Assembly: GCA_949358305.1 (NCBI GenBank)
Contig: OX442314.1
Coordinates: forward strand, 22,940,001-23,004,000
Length of the DNA: 64,000 nt
Reading direction: 5' to 3'
Source of the DNA: Strigamia acuminata
Lineage: Eukaryota
Shown: piece by piece, positions 63,764-64,000 of the stretch
How positions within the stretch are numbered: the first letter of the stretch is position 1
Layout: each line of letters begins with the position of its first letter
Program-made: the position numbers and the translations under genes
The notes under the pieces: model-generated
The model's database searches: none
Told to the model about the DNA's origin: nothing
What the model saw: only the letters and a program-made list of their open reading frames with translations

Positions 63764-64000
63764 AAGCGATTGGTAAGTTGATTAAGTTTTTACCTCATAA
63801 TTTGCTAAAGTAAACTTCTTTATTTTGATTAACTTTGAGCAAGGAGTTGGGTCATTTTTTTTAAAAAAATTTTATCTACAGCAAAAATGGATGCCATTTA
63901 TTTTTCAAATGTGCACAAGCATTCGCAGTAGTAATAATAATATTTTATTTAATAAAATTCACTTATTGAAATTATTTTTAAATGATTTAGGCGAACTTTA

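Overview
This is AT-rich eukaryotic (invertebrate, arthropod-like) genomic DNA. It is dominated by one minus-strand gene, a metabotropic GABA-B receptor subunit 2 (class C GPCR). I reconstructed 14 consecutive coding exons between 41149 and 1047, which join in frame (2058 nt, 686 aa) and run from the Venus-flytrap domain through the 7TM region to the start of the C-terminal coiled coil. One intron has a GC donor. The first and last coding exons were not found and probably lie outside the window. The introns are dense in transposons. (i) A very young Gypsy/Mag-type LTR retrotransposon (14174-18974) has identical 132-bp LTRs, a GTGGA target-site duplication (TSD), PBS, PPT and a single gag-pol ORF with a +1 frameshift near its end. 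It has a CTCF-like motif in each LTR and is nested in a DNA element. (ii) An internally deleted DIRS-type tyrosine-recombinase retroelement (~9833-12126) retains both ITRs and the internal complementary region. (iii) A hAT-Charlie element closely resembles the mammalian MER30 consensus as I recall it. (iv) Many MITE families are present: TA-, TATA-, AGT-, 8-bp- and 9-bp-TSD types, including one that appears to prefer a palindromic target and one carrying a variable 31-bp satellite. I found no evidence for a wholly new gene system; most short ORFs in the track are spurious.
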